Origin: Malacoraja senta
Lineage: Eukaryota
Length of the DNA stretch: 64,000 nt
Direction of reading: 5' to 3'
Assembly: GCA_038087875.1 (NCBI GenBank)
Contig: JAXLNO010004283.1
Location: 1-64,000, forward strand
The position numbers and the translations under genes are program-made. The notes beneath the pieces are model-generated. The model ran no database searches, was not told the DNA's origin, and saw only the letters and a program-made list of their open reading frames with translations. How positions within the stretch are numbered: the first letter of the stretch is position 1; the number at the start of each line of letters is the position of its first letter. Below, one piece after another: positions 13,901-25,900 of the stretch.

Positions 13901-16900
13901 ATAATGTCCTCCCTCTATGGCTATAATGACACTCAGAGTTGCATCCATTTGCCATTCTTTGGCTCATTTCACCCGGTCACCAGACCGTGTTGTAATCACA
14001 GATGAATCTCTTGGCGTCCACTACACCACCAATGTGGGTTTTATCTGAAAACCTACTAACCATGTCAACAACAAACTGTGAATAGAAATGACAAACCACA
14101 ATGGAGCCAGCTCTGATCCTGCAGTGCGCTGACCCTGGACTCATGGGATCTAACCTTCCGGACCAGCCTACAATGTGGGACCTTGTCAAAGGCTAAAGGC
14201 CATGTCAACCACATCCTCCACCTTACCCACATAAATCATCTAGGTCGCCTAATCAAAACCTCAAAGCAAATTTATAAGATGGTTCCCACAGACAAAGCCA
14301 TGCTGATTGTCCCTAATCAGTCCTGGCCTTCACAAACACAGGTAGACCCTGCCTCTCAGAATCCCCTCCAGTGACTCCCCCACCCCCCCACCCCCCCCCC
14401 CCCAGCTAATGTCAGGCTCCCTAGCCTAACTTGTCCTTGCAGCTCTTCTTAAATAAAGGCACAACATTCACCACCCCCAGTCTCGGGTAGCTCACTCGCC
14501 CAGTGAATGCAAATAAGTCCGCCAGAGCCCCTACAATTCCTTCCCTAGCTTCCCACAATTTTAGTTTTTAGTTTTAGAGATATGCGCGGAAACATAGAAA
14601 ATGGGTGCAGGAGTAGGCCATTCGGCCCTTCAAGCCTGCACTGCCATTCAATATGATCATGGCTGATCATCCAACTAAGTATCCTGTACCTGCCTTCTCT
14701 CCATACCCCTTGATCCCTTTAGCCACAAGGGCCACATCTAACTCCCTCTTAAATATAGCCAATGAACTGGCCTCAACTACATTCTGTGGCAGAGAATTCC
14801 TCAGATTCACCACTATCTGTGCAAAAAATGTTTTTCTCATCTCAGTCCTAAAAGATTTCCCCTTTATCCTTAAACTGTGACCCCTTGTTCTGGACTACCC
14901 CAACATCGGGAACAATCTTCCTGCATCTAGCCTGTCCAACCCCTTTAGAACTTTGTACGTTTCTATAAGAGCCCCCCTCAATCTTCTAAATTCTAGCGAG
15001 TACAAGCCAATTCTATCCAGTCTTTCTTCATATGAAAGTCCTGACATCCCAGGAATCAGTCTGGTGAACCTTCTCTATGGCAAGAATGTCCTTCCACAGA
15101 TTAGGAGACCAAAACTGTACGCAATACTCCAGGTGTGGTCTCACCAAGACCCTGTACAACTGCAGTAGAACCTCCCTGCTCCTATACTCAAATCCTTTTG
15201 CTATGAAATAAGCCATTCGGCCTACCGACTCTGCACCGACCAGCGATACCCGCTCACTCACAAGACCCTACACACTAGGGACAATTTACATTTACACCAT
15301 GCCATTTAATCTACAAACCCATTTGACTTTGGGGTGTGGGAAGAAACCGAATATCTTGGAGAAAACCCACATGGTCACGGGGAGAACGTATAAACTCCGT
15401 ATAGGCAGCCAGGGCTGGATTTAGATGAAGAGAGGCCCAAAGCTGATCCACTTGTGAGGCCCCTCCCAATCCCCCACCCTCACGACTAGAGGAAGATGGT
15501 CCACCAGATTGACATCGATTTGCAGCCGAGCGTGACCAATGAGAAAAGGGGCTGGAAAGCTGCCCTTATTTATTTATTTATTGCGAGTGCTAGTGTCGAG
15601 TTATTGGCTTAAAACACTATTATTCTGAAATGGAGGGCAAGGAAAATTACTGAAGGATTGTTTAGAGACTACAGTGTGTTGTGACAGCATATGTAAGAAA
15701 GGCCTATGACAGTGTCAAAAATATTATACACCTTGCAGGCTCTCACTTAATTTTTTTTCTCTGTTGTCAGCCGGGCAACCTTGGCAGCTTTTTAAGTTGC
15801 CAAATAACAGTTTAGGTGGTCATTTAAAATGGCTTGCATGATGCGTGCGATAATGTGCTCAGACGAAGTGCGCAGTTACCAGTCGGAATTATGCTCAATG
15901 AAGCATTCACATATTATTTCTGCTTCAAGTAAAGTCACAAACTAAACATATTCACCAATCAAGACATGATATATACCACAATGACATACAGCAAAATTAT
16001 AATACACTATCTCAACTCTTTTTACACATTGCAATGAATGCAATTTCTATTATTTCTTTCCACTTCCAAACAAAAATGTGGTTGGATTATTCAGCGTATG
16101 ATGAACCTCGGTGAGACCAAGCACAGCTTGGCGATCGCTTCGCACAACACCTCCACTCAGTTCGCAATAACCAACCTGATCTCCCGGTGGTCAACACTTC
16201 AACTCCCCTTCCCATTCCGAATCTGACCTTTCTGTCCTGGGCCTCCTCCATGGCCAGAGTGAGGCCCACCGCATATTGCAGGAGCATTTTCTCCAACTTT
16301 TTTGTCTCCCAATGGGATCCCACCACTGGCCACATCTTCCCATCTCCTCCCCTGTTGGCTTTCCGCAGAGACCGGTCCCTCCGTAACTCCCTGGTCAATT
16401 CGTCCCTTCCAACCCAAACCACCCCCTCTCCTGGCACTTTCCCTTGCAACCGCAGGAAATGCTACACTTGTCGCTTTACCTCCCCCCTGGACTTCATTCA
16501 AGGACCCAAGCAGTCTTTCCAGGTGCGGCAGAGGTTCACCTGCGCCTCCTCCAACCTCATCTACTGCATCCACTGCTCTAGGTGTCAGCTGCTCTACATC
16601 GGTGAGACCAAGCGTAGGCTTTGCGATCGCTTCGCCCAACACCTCCGCTCGGTCCGCATTAACCAACCTGATCTCCCGGTGGCTCAGCACTTCAACTCCC
16701 CCTCCCATTCCGAATCCAACCTTTCTGTCCTGGGCCTCTTCCATGGCCAGAGTGAGTCCCACCGTAAATTGGAGGAGCAGTACCTCATATTTTGCTTGGA
16801 AAGTTTACACCCCAGCGGTATGGACATTAATATTCTTCAATTTCAGGTAATCCCTGCTTTATCCTCCCCTTCCCAGCTCTCCCTCAGCCCACTGTCTCCG

Positions 16901-19900
16901 CCTCTTCCTTTCCTCTTCCCGTCCCCCCTACCCTCACAGCAGTCTGAAGAAGGGTCTCGACCCGAAACGTCGCCTATTTCCTTCGCTCCATAGATGCTGC
17001 CTCACCCGCTGAGTTTCTCGAGCATTTTTCTTTACCCATTCACACAAGTTCTGTTATCCCACTTTCCTCACCCACTCCCTACACATTAGGGGCAATTTTA
17101 CAGAGACAAGTTAACCTACAAAGCCAATGCATCTTTGGGATGTGGGAGGAAACTAACACTTGCAGGGAGAATGTGCAAATTCAACGCAGACAGTGCCCGA
17201 GGACAGGATCGAACACAGATCTCTGGCGTGTGAGGCAGCAAGTCTACCAGCTGTGCCACTATATTTTGTTTTCCAACACACAAAAAATTATACGTTGATA
17301 ACTTTGGTTACTGAAAAAATGAAAATATCCATTTTCAGTTTTAAATCTCCAAGTGACGCTATGTCCCCCTTTACAGCTACTGTATGTTTTAATTAAGTTC
17401 AAGACTATGGGGCAGTACATTGGACATAAAGTTGCTGTCTAAAAGTGCCAGAGACCCGGAATTGATCCTGAATATTATCTGAATGGTGGCCGATTAGGAA
17501 AAGGGGAGATGCAACGAGACCTGGGTGTCATGGTACACCAGTCATTGAAAGTAGGCATGCAGGTGCAGCAGGCAGTGAAGAAAGCGAATGGTATGTTAGA
17601 ATTCATAGCAAAAGGATTTGAGTATAAGAGCAGGGAGGTTCTACTGCAGTTGAACAGGGTCTTGGTGAGACCACACCTGGAGTATTGCGTACAGTTTTGG
17701 TCTCTTAATCTGAGGAAAGACATTCTTGCCATAGAGGGAGTACAGAGAAGGTTCACCAGACTGATTCCTGGGATGTCAGGACTTTCATATGAAGAAAGAC
17801 TGGATAGACTCGGCTTGTACTCTCTCGAATTTAGAAGATTGAGGGGGGATCTTATAGAAACTTAGAAAATTGTTAAGGGGTTGGACAGGCTAGATGCAGG
17901 AAGATTATTCCCGATGTTGGGGAAGTCCAGAACAAGGGGTCACAGTTTAAGGATAAGGGGGAAGTCTTTTAGGACCGAGATGAGAAAATCATTTTTTACA
18001 CAGAGAGTGGTGAATCTGTGGAATTCTCTGCCACAGAAGGTAGATGAGGCCAGTTCATTGGCTATATTTAAGAGGGAGTTAGATGTGGCCCTTGTGCTAA
18101 AGGGATCAGAGGATATGGAGAGAAGGCAGGTACAGGATACTGAGTTGGATGATCAGCCATGATCATATTGAATGGTGGTGCAGGCTCGAAGGGCCGAATG
18201 GCCTATTCCTGTACCTATTTTCTAATATGGGTGCTGTCTGTATGGAGTTTGCTCCTTTTCCCTTTGATCGCATGGGTTTCCTCCTGGTGCTCTTGTTTCC
18301 TTCCACATTCCAAAGGTGTGCAGGAATCTATTTCAGACCCAACCCAAAGCGTAATATTTTCCTTTTGTTCAGAGATTCTGTCTGACCTGTTGAGTTCCTC
18401 CAGCTTTTTGTGTCTATCTTCAGTTTAAACCAGCATCTGCAGTTCATTCCTACACACACGATACTATACGATAGAACTTTATTAATCCTCGGAGGGAAAT
18501 TGTGTGTGTGTGTGTGTGTGGGTATATATATTATACACACACACACACGCACACATATATATATTTATTAGTTATATATTCATATATAAATATACACCGT
18601 TTTGTTTTCTCGTTTATAACATTGTTTACAGAGTACTATGTTTACATATTCTGTTGTGCTGCTGCAAGTAAGGATTTCATTGTTCTAACTGGGACGTGAG
18701 AGAATAAAACACTCTTGACTTACTCCGCTAATGTGTGGGATAGAACTAGAGTACGGGTGATCGGTGGTCGGCGTGGACTCGGTGGGCCGAAGGGCCTGTT
18801 TCCACGCTGTATCTTTAAATTAAACTAAAAACACTAAAACCAGAGGGAGTCTAAAGAAGGGTCTCTACCCGAAACGTCACCCAATTTCTTCTACCCAGAG
18901 TTGCTGGCTGCTCCATGGAGTTCCCCCACACAATTAAAACATGGAATAGTCTTCACCCTACCATAGTTACCCAACCAGACGCAACTAAATTTAAGGTACC
19001 TCTTTTTTCCCCCAAGAACCCTTTTTTGCTTAAGTCCAAGTCAAGAGTCAAGAGAGTTTTATTGTCATGTGTCCCAGATAGGACAATGAAATTCTTGCTT
19101 GCTGCAGCACAACAGAATATGTAAACATAATACAGAACAGGAGAAAAAAGTTCAGTGTGTTTATATACCATAGACCATATATATACACAATAAATAAACA
19201 GATAGAATTCAATAGGCTGTTATTGTTCAGCCCCCCACCACCTCCAGTTTAAATTCCATTTAGAATATTTATGGAGGACCAGGAAACCAGAAGTTACTCC
19301 AGGGAGTTACTCCAGATCCAGGGTCAGGGAGTGATTCTGCATTGGTTTTCAGCGGTCGCGGTGAGGCAGCAACCGGACAGCAACAGAGGCCAGATCTCCC
19401 ACAATTCAAAGCGGGGGAGAAAGTGCCCAGCGCTGACCAGTTGCCGTGGCAGTGCGCATGCGCAGGGCTGCCGATGATGTGCTGGCCATGGTTGTGAGCA
19501 TGTGCAGGGGGGGAGGATGTGCTGTAGCAGTGTGCATGTGCAAGGTGGCCTGCCGTGTCGGTGGATAAGGAGCGAGCGGAGAGCGGAGACCCAGCGGCCT
19601 GGATACGGATGGCAGGCGGAGACGGAGATTGACACAGAGAGAGAGAGAGATAGAGAGGGGGACCCGCCCAGAGTTGAACGGCAGGTGTCCTGCCTTGGCC
19701 GGAGGCCGCCTAGATTTCGAGGCTGTAGGCTTCAGCCGATGAAGCCTAGTGGTAAATCCGGCTCTGCGAGGCCCCCCTAGATCTCGAGGTCCTAAATTTA
19801 AGCTTGTCAAGCTTATAGGTAAATCCGGCACTGTTGGCAGCACCCGTAGTCAGGATCGAACCCGGGCCTCTGTAAGACAGTAAGCAGTCCTACCGCTGCG

Positions 19901-22900
19901 CCACCCTGCCGCCCAGTATACAAGGCTATATTTGAACCGGCCTCTAGGTAAAAATCAAAATGCTGGAGTAACTCAGAGGGTCAGGCATAATCACTGGAGA
20001 ATATGGATTGGTAACGTTTCAGGTCAAGGCCCTTCTTCAGACGCCATCGATAGAAACATAGAAACATAGAAAATAGGTGGAGGCCATTCGGCCATTCGAG
20101 CCGTTCATTGTGATCATGGCTGATCGTCCCCTATCAATAACCCGTGCCTGCCTTCTCCCCATATGTCTTGACTCCACTAGCCCCTAGAGCTCTATCTAAC
20201 TCTCTCTTAAATCCATCCAGTGATTTGGCCTCCAATGCCCTCTGTGGCAGGGAATTCCATAAATTCACAACTCTCTGGGTGAAAAGGTTTTTTCTCACCT
20301 CAGTCTTAAATGACCTCCCCTTTATTCTAAGACTGTGGCCCCTGGTTCTGGACATGCCCAACATTGGGAACATTTTTCCTGCATCTACCTTGTCCAGTCC
20401 TTTTATAATTTTATAAGTTTCTATAAGATACCCCCTCATCCTTCTAAACTCCAGTGAATACCATATAACCATATAACCATTACAGCACGGAAACAGGCCA
20501 TCTCGGCCCTTCAAGTCCGTGCCGAACATTAAAAAATTTTTTTTTAATAAATACTTCCCCCTAGTCCCATCTACCTGCACTCAGACCATAACCCTCCATT
20601 CCTTTCCCGTCCATATACCCATCCAATCTATTTTTAAAGGATAAAATCGAACCAGCCTCCACCACTTCGACTGGAAGCTCATTCCACACAGCTACCACTC
20701 TCTGAGTAAAGAAGTTCCCCCTAATGTTACCCCTAAACTTCTGTCCCTTAATTCTCAAGTCATGTCCCCTTGTTTGAATCTTCCCTACTCTCAATGGAAA
20801 AAGCTTATCCACGTCCACTCTGTCTAACCCGCTCATAATTTTAAAGACCTCTATCAAGTCCCCTCTTAACCTTCTGCGCACCAAAGAATAAAGACCTAAC
20901 TTGTTCAACCTTTCTCTGTAACTTAGTTGCTGAAACCCAGGCAACATTCTAGTAAATCTCCTCTGTACTCTCTCTATTTTGTTGACATCCTTCCTATAAT
21001 TAGGCGACCAAAATTGTACTCCATATTCCAGAATTGGCCTCACCAATGCCTTGTACAATTTTAACATTACATCCCAACTTCTATATTCAATGCTCTGATT
21101 TATAAAGGCCAGCACACCAAAAGCTTTCTTTACCACCCTATCTACATGAGATTCCACCTTCAGGGAACTGCACAGTTATTCCTAGATCCCTCTGTTCAAC
21201 TGCATTCCTCAATTCTCTACCATTTACCATGTACGTCCTATTTTGATTTGTCCTGCCGAGATGTAGTACCTCACATTTATCAGCATTAAACTCCATCTGC
21301 TATCTTTCAGCCCACTCATCCAAATGGCCTAAATCTCTCTGTAGACTTTGAAAATCTACTTCATTATCCCCCACACCACCTATCTTAGTATCATCTGCAT
21401 ACTTACTAATCCAATTTTCCACACCATCATCCAGATCATTGATGTACATGACAAACAACAGTGGACCCAACACAGACCCCTGAGGCACCCCACTAGTCAC
21501 CGGCCTCCAACCTGACAAACAGCCATCCACCATTACTCTCTGGCATCTCCCATTCAGCCACTGTTGAATCCATCTTGCTACTCCACCATTAATACCCAAC
21601 AATTGAATCTTCTTAACCAACCTTCCATGAGGAACCTTGTCAAAGGCCTTACTGAAGTCCATATAGACAACATCCACTGCTTTACCCTCATCAATTTCCC
21701 TAGTAACCTCTTCGAAAAATTCTAGAAGATTAGTCAAACATGACCTTCCAGGCACAAATCCGTTGACTGTTCCTAATCAGACCCTGCTTAACCAGATGCT
21801 TATATATATTATCTTTAAGTATCCTTTCCATTAATTTGCCCACCACTGACGTCAAACTAACAGGTCTATAATTGCTAGGTTTACTCTTAGAACCCTTTTT
21901 AAACAACGGAACAACATGCGCAGTACGCCAATCCTCTGGCACTATTCCCGTTTCTAATGACATTTGAAATATTTCTGTCATAGCCCCTGTTATTTCTACA
22001 CTAACTTCCCTCAATGTCCTCGGGAATAGCCTGTCAGGACCTGGAGACTTATCCATTTTCATATTTTTCAAAAGTGTCCGCACCTCCTCTTCATTGAATC
22101 TCAGAGTAGTTTCCATTGCTACTCTGCTTGTTTCCCTTACCTCACATAATTCCATATCCTTCTCCTTGGTAAATACCGAAGAAAAGAAATTGTTCAGTAT
22201 CTCCCCCATCTCTTTTGGCTCTGCAGATAGCTGTCCACTCTGACTCTCTAATGGACCAATTTTATTCCTTGTTATACTTTTGCTATTAATATAGCTGTAG
22301 AAACCCTTTGGATTTACTTTCACCTTACTTGCCAAAGCAACCTCATATCTTCTTTTAGCTTTTCTAATTTCTTTCTTAATATTCTTTTTACATTCTTTAT
22401 ACTCCTCAAGCACCTCATTTACTCCATGCTGCCTATAATTATTGTAGATCTCTCTCTTTTTCCGAACCAAGTGTCCAATTTCCCTTGAAAACCATGGCTC
22501 TGTCCAATTTTTACTATTTCCTTTCAACCGAACAGGTACATAAAGATTCTGTACTCTTAAAATTTCACCTTAAATGTCCTCCATTTCTCTTCTACATCCT
22601 TCCCATAAAAAACATGTCCCAATTCACTCCTTTTAAATCCTTTTGCATCTCCTCAAAGTTAGCCTTTCTCCAATCAAAAATCTCAACCCTAGGTCCAGTT
22701 CTGACCCTCTCCATAATTATATTGAAACTAATGGTATTGTGATCACTGGACCCGAAGTGCTCCCCAACGCTTACCTCCGCCTCCTGCCTGGTCTCATTTC
22801 CTAACAGGAGGTCCAGCACTGCCCCTTCTCTAGTAGGCACCTCTATGTATTGCTGCAAAAAACTATCCTGCACACATTTTACAAACTCCAAACCATCCAG

Positions 22901-25900
22901 CCCTTTTACAGAATGTGTTTCCCAGTCTATGTGTGGAAAATTGAAATCTCCCACAATCACTACCTTGTGCTTACTACTAATATCTGCTATCTCCTTACAT
23001 ATTTGCTCTTCCAATTCTCGCTCCCCATTTGGCGGTCCATAATACACCCCTAAAAGTGTTGCTACACCTTTCCCATTTCTCAGCTCCACCCAAATAGCCT
23101 CCCTAGACGAGCCCTCTAATCTATCCTGCCAAAGCACTGCTGTAATATCTTCCTTGACAAGCAATGCAACACCCCCACCTCTTGCCCCTCCAATTCTATC
23201 ACGCCTGAAGCAACGAAATCCTGGAATATTTAGTTTCCAATCACAGCCCTCCTGCAACCATGTTTCACTGATCGCCACAACATCATACTTCCAGGTGTCA
23301 ATCCAGACTCTAAGCTCATCCACCTTTCTTACAATGCTCCTAGCATTAAAATATACACATTTAAGAAACCCACCACCACTTATTCTCTGTTTATTATCTT
23401 TTTCTTCTTTCTCCCCTACATTTTGGGTCCGAGTGCTTCCCTTCTCTGCCTCCTGCCTCCCACATTTTCTACCATCTTTCTCTATTTGAGTCCCTCCCCC
23501 CAACCGTTCTAGTTTAAAGTCTCCCCAGTAGCCTTTGCAAATCTCCCCGCCAGGATATTGGTTCCCCTCGGGTTCAAGTGCAACCCGTCCTTTCTGTACA
23601 GGTCACACCTTCCCCAAAAGAGGTCCCAATGATCCAGAAATTTGAATCCCTGCTCGCTGCACCAGTTCCTCAGCCACGCATTTATCCTCCACCTCATTTC
23701 ATTCCTGCTCTCACTGTCGCGTGGCACAGGTAGTAATCCTGAGATTGTTACCTTTGCGGACGTTCTCACTAACTCTCATCCCAACTCCCTAAATTCTCCT
23801 TTCAGGACCTCTTCTCTTTTTCTGCCTATGTCATTGGTACCTATATGTACCACAACCTCAGGCTCCTCTCCCTCCGATTTCAGGATCTCTTGGACACGTT
23901 CAGACACATCCCGGACCCTGGCACCAGGGAGGGACACTACCATCCGGGTCTCCTGACTGTGTCCACAGAATCGCCTATCCGACCCCCTAACCATAGAGTC
24001 CCCTATTACTATTGCCCTCCTCTTCTTTTCCCTACCCTTCTGAGTAATAGGGCCGGTCTCTGTGCCGGAGGCCCGGCCGCTGTCGCTACCCCCAGAAAGG
24101 CTGTCCCCCGCAACAGTACTCAAACAGGAGTACTTATTTTCTAGGTGTACAGCCACTGGGGTACTCACTAGTCCGTGCCTCTGCCTCTTGCCCTTCCTAA
24201 CCGTGACCCACTTGTCTGCCTCCCGTGGTCTTGGAGTGGCCACCTCCCTGTAACTCCTTTCTATGACCTCCTCACTCTCCCTGATCAGACAGAGGTCATC
24301 GAGCTGTTGCTCCAGGTTCCTAACACGGTCCCTTAGGAACCCCATCTCTACGCACCTGACACAGATGTGGACGTCTGGAGGGGTATCAGACTCCATGACC
24401 TCCCACATCTGACATCCAGAACAGTAAACTGCCCTGGCCCTCATTCTCCCCCCTCCCCTGGATACAATACAAAGCCTTACCCTGGATACAATACAAAGCC
24501 TTACCCTAGATACAATACAAAGCCTTACCCTGGATACAATACAAAGCCTTACCCTGGATACAATACAAAGCCTTACCCTGGATACAAATACAAGCCTAAT
24601 CTTTTCAATCTTTCCTCATATGGCAGTCCCGCCATCCCAGGGATCAATCTCGTGAACGTACGCTGCACTGTCTCAATCACAAGGATGTCCTTCCTCAAAT
24701 TAGGAGACCAAAACTGCACACAATACTCCAGATGTGGTCTCACCGGAGCCCTATACAACTGCAGAAGAACCTCTTTACTCCTATACTGAAATCCTCTTGT
24801 TATGAAGGCCAACATTCCATTAGCTTTCTTCACTGCCTGCTGTACCTGCACGCCAACTTTCAGTGACCGGTGTACAAGGACACCCAGGTCTCGCTGTACC
24901 TGCCCCTTACCTAACCTAACCCCATTGAGATAATAATCTGGCCCCTTGTTTTTGCCGCCAAAGTGGATAACCTCACATTTATCTATATTATACTGTATCT
25001 GCCACGCATCTGCTCATTCACTCAACCTGTCCAGGTCACCCTGCAACCTCCTAACATCCTCTTCACAGTTCACACTGCCACCCAGCTTTGTGTCATCCGC
25101 AAACTTGCTAGTGTTGCTCCTAATTCCCTCTTCCAAATCATTAAGATATATGGTAAACAGTTGTGGCCCCAACACCGAGCCTTGCTGCACTCCACTCGCC
25201 ACTGCCTGCCATTCTGAAAAAGGACCCGTTCACTCCTACTCTTTGCTTCCGGTCTGCCAACCAATTTTCTATCCATGTCAACACCCTACCCCCAATACCA
25301 TGTGCTCTAATTTTAGTCACCAGTCTCCCGTGCGGGACCTTATCAAAGGCTTTCTGAAAGTCTAGATACACTACATCCACTGGCACCCCTTCATCCATTT
25401 TACTTGTCACATCCTCAAAAAATTACAGAAGATTAGTCAAGCATGATTTCCCCTTCATAAATCCATGTTGACTTGGACTAATCCTTTTACTGCTATCCAA
25501 ATGCCCCATTATTACCTCTTTAATAATTGACTCCAGCATCTTTCCCACCACCGAAGTCAGGCTAACTGGTGACTATTTTAGTTGAGATCATTCTTCAGAC
25601 TCTCCAGAAATGCGGTCTGACCTGTCGAGTTACTCCTGCACTTTGTCCTGTTGTATCATAACCAACCAGCATCGACAGTTCTTTGTTACTACTACTTAAT
25701 ATGCCGTAAGACCAGCTCTTTTATAATGTGGATTCATTCCACGACATGGCTGTTCATATCCTGTAATTGGCTTCTATGAACTTCTGTACAGTAAATACAG
25801 TTGCAACCTCACCTACTTGTAAAAACTCTCAGGATACTTATCTGCAACATCTCCCATATCCCTTCTTTATTCTGATCTCCCCCTTGATTTGTGTATCAGG

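Noticed and set aside
24458-24595. CRISPR-like regular repeats (also 26040-26590, 43905-44645)
   Set aside because: Head-to-tail tandem units with no unique spacers and no cas genes, in a eukaryotic context.
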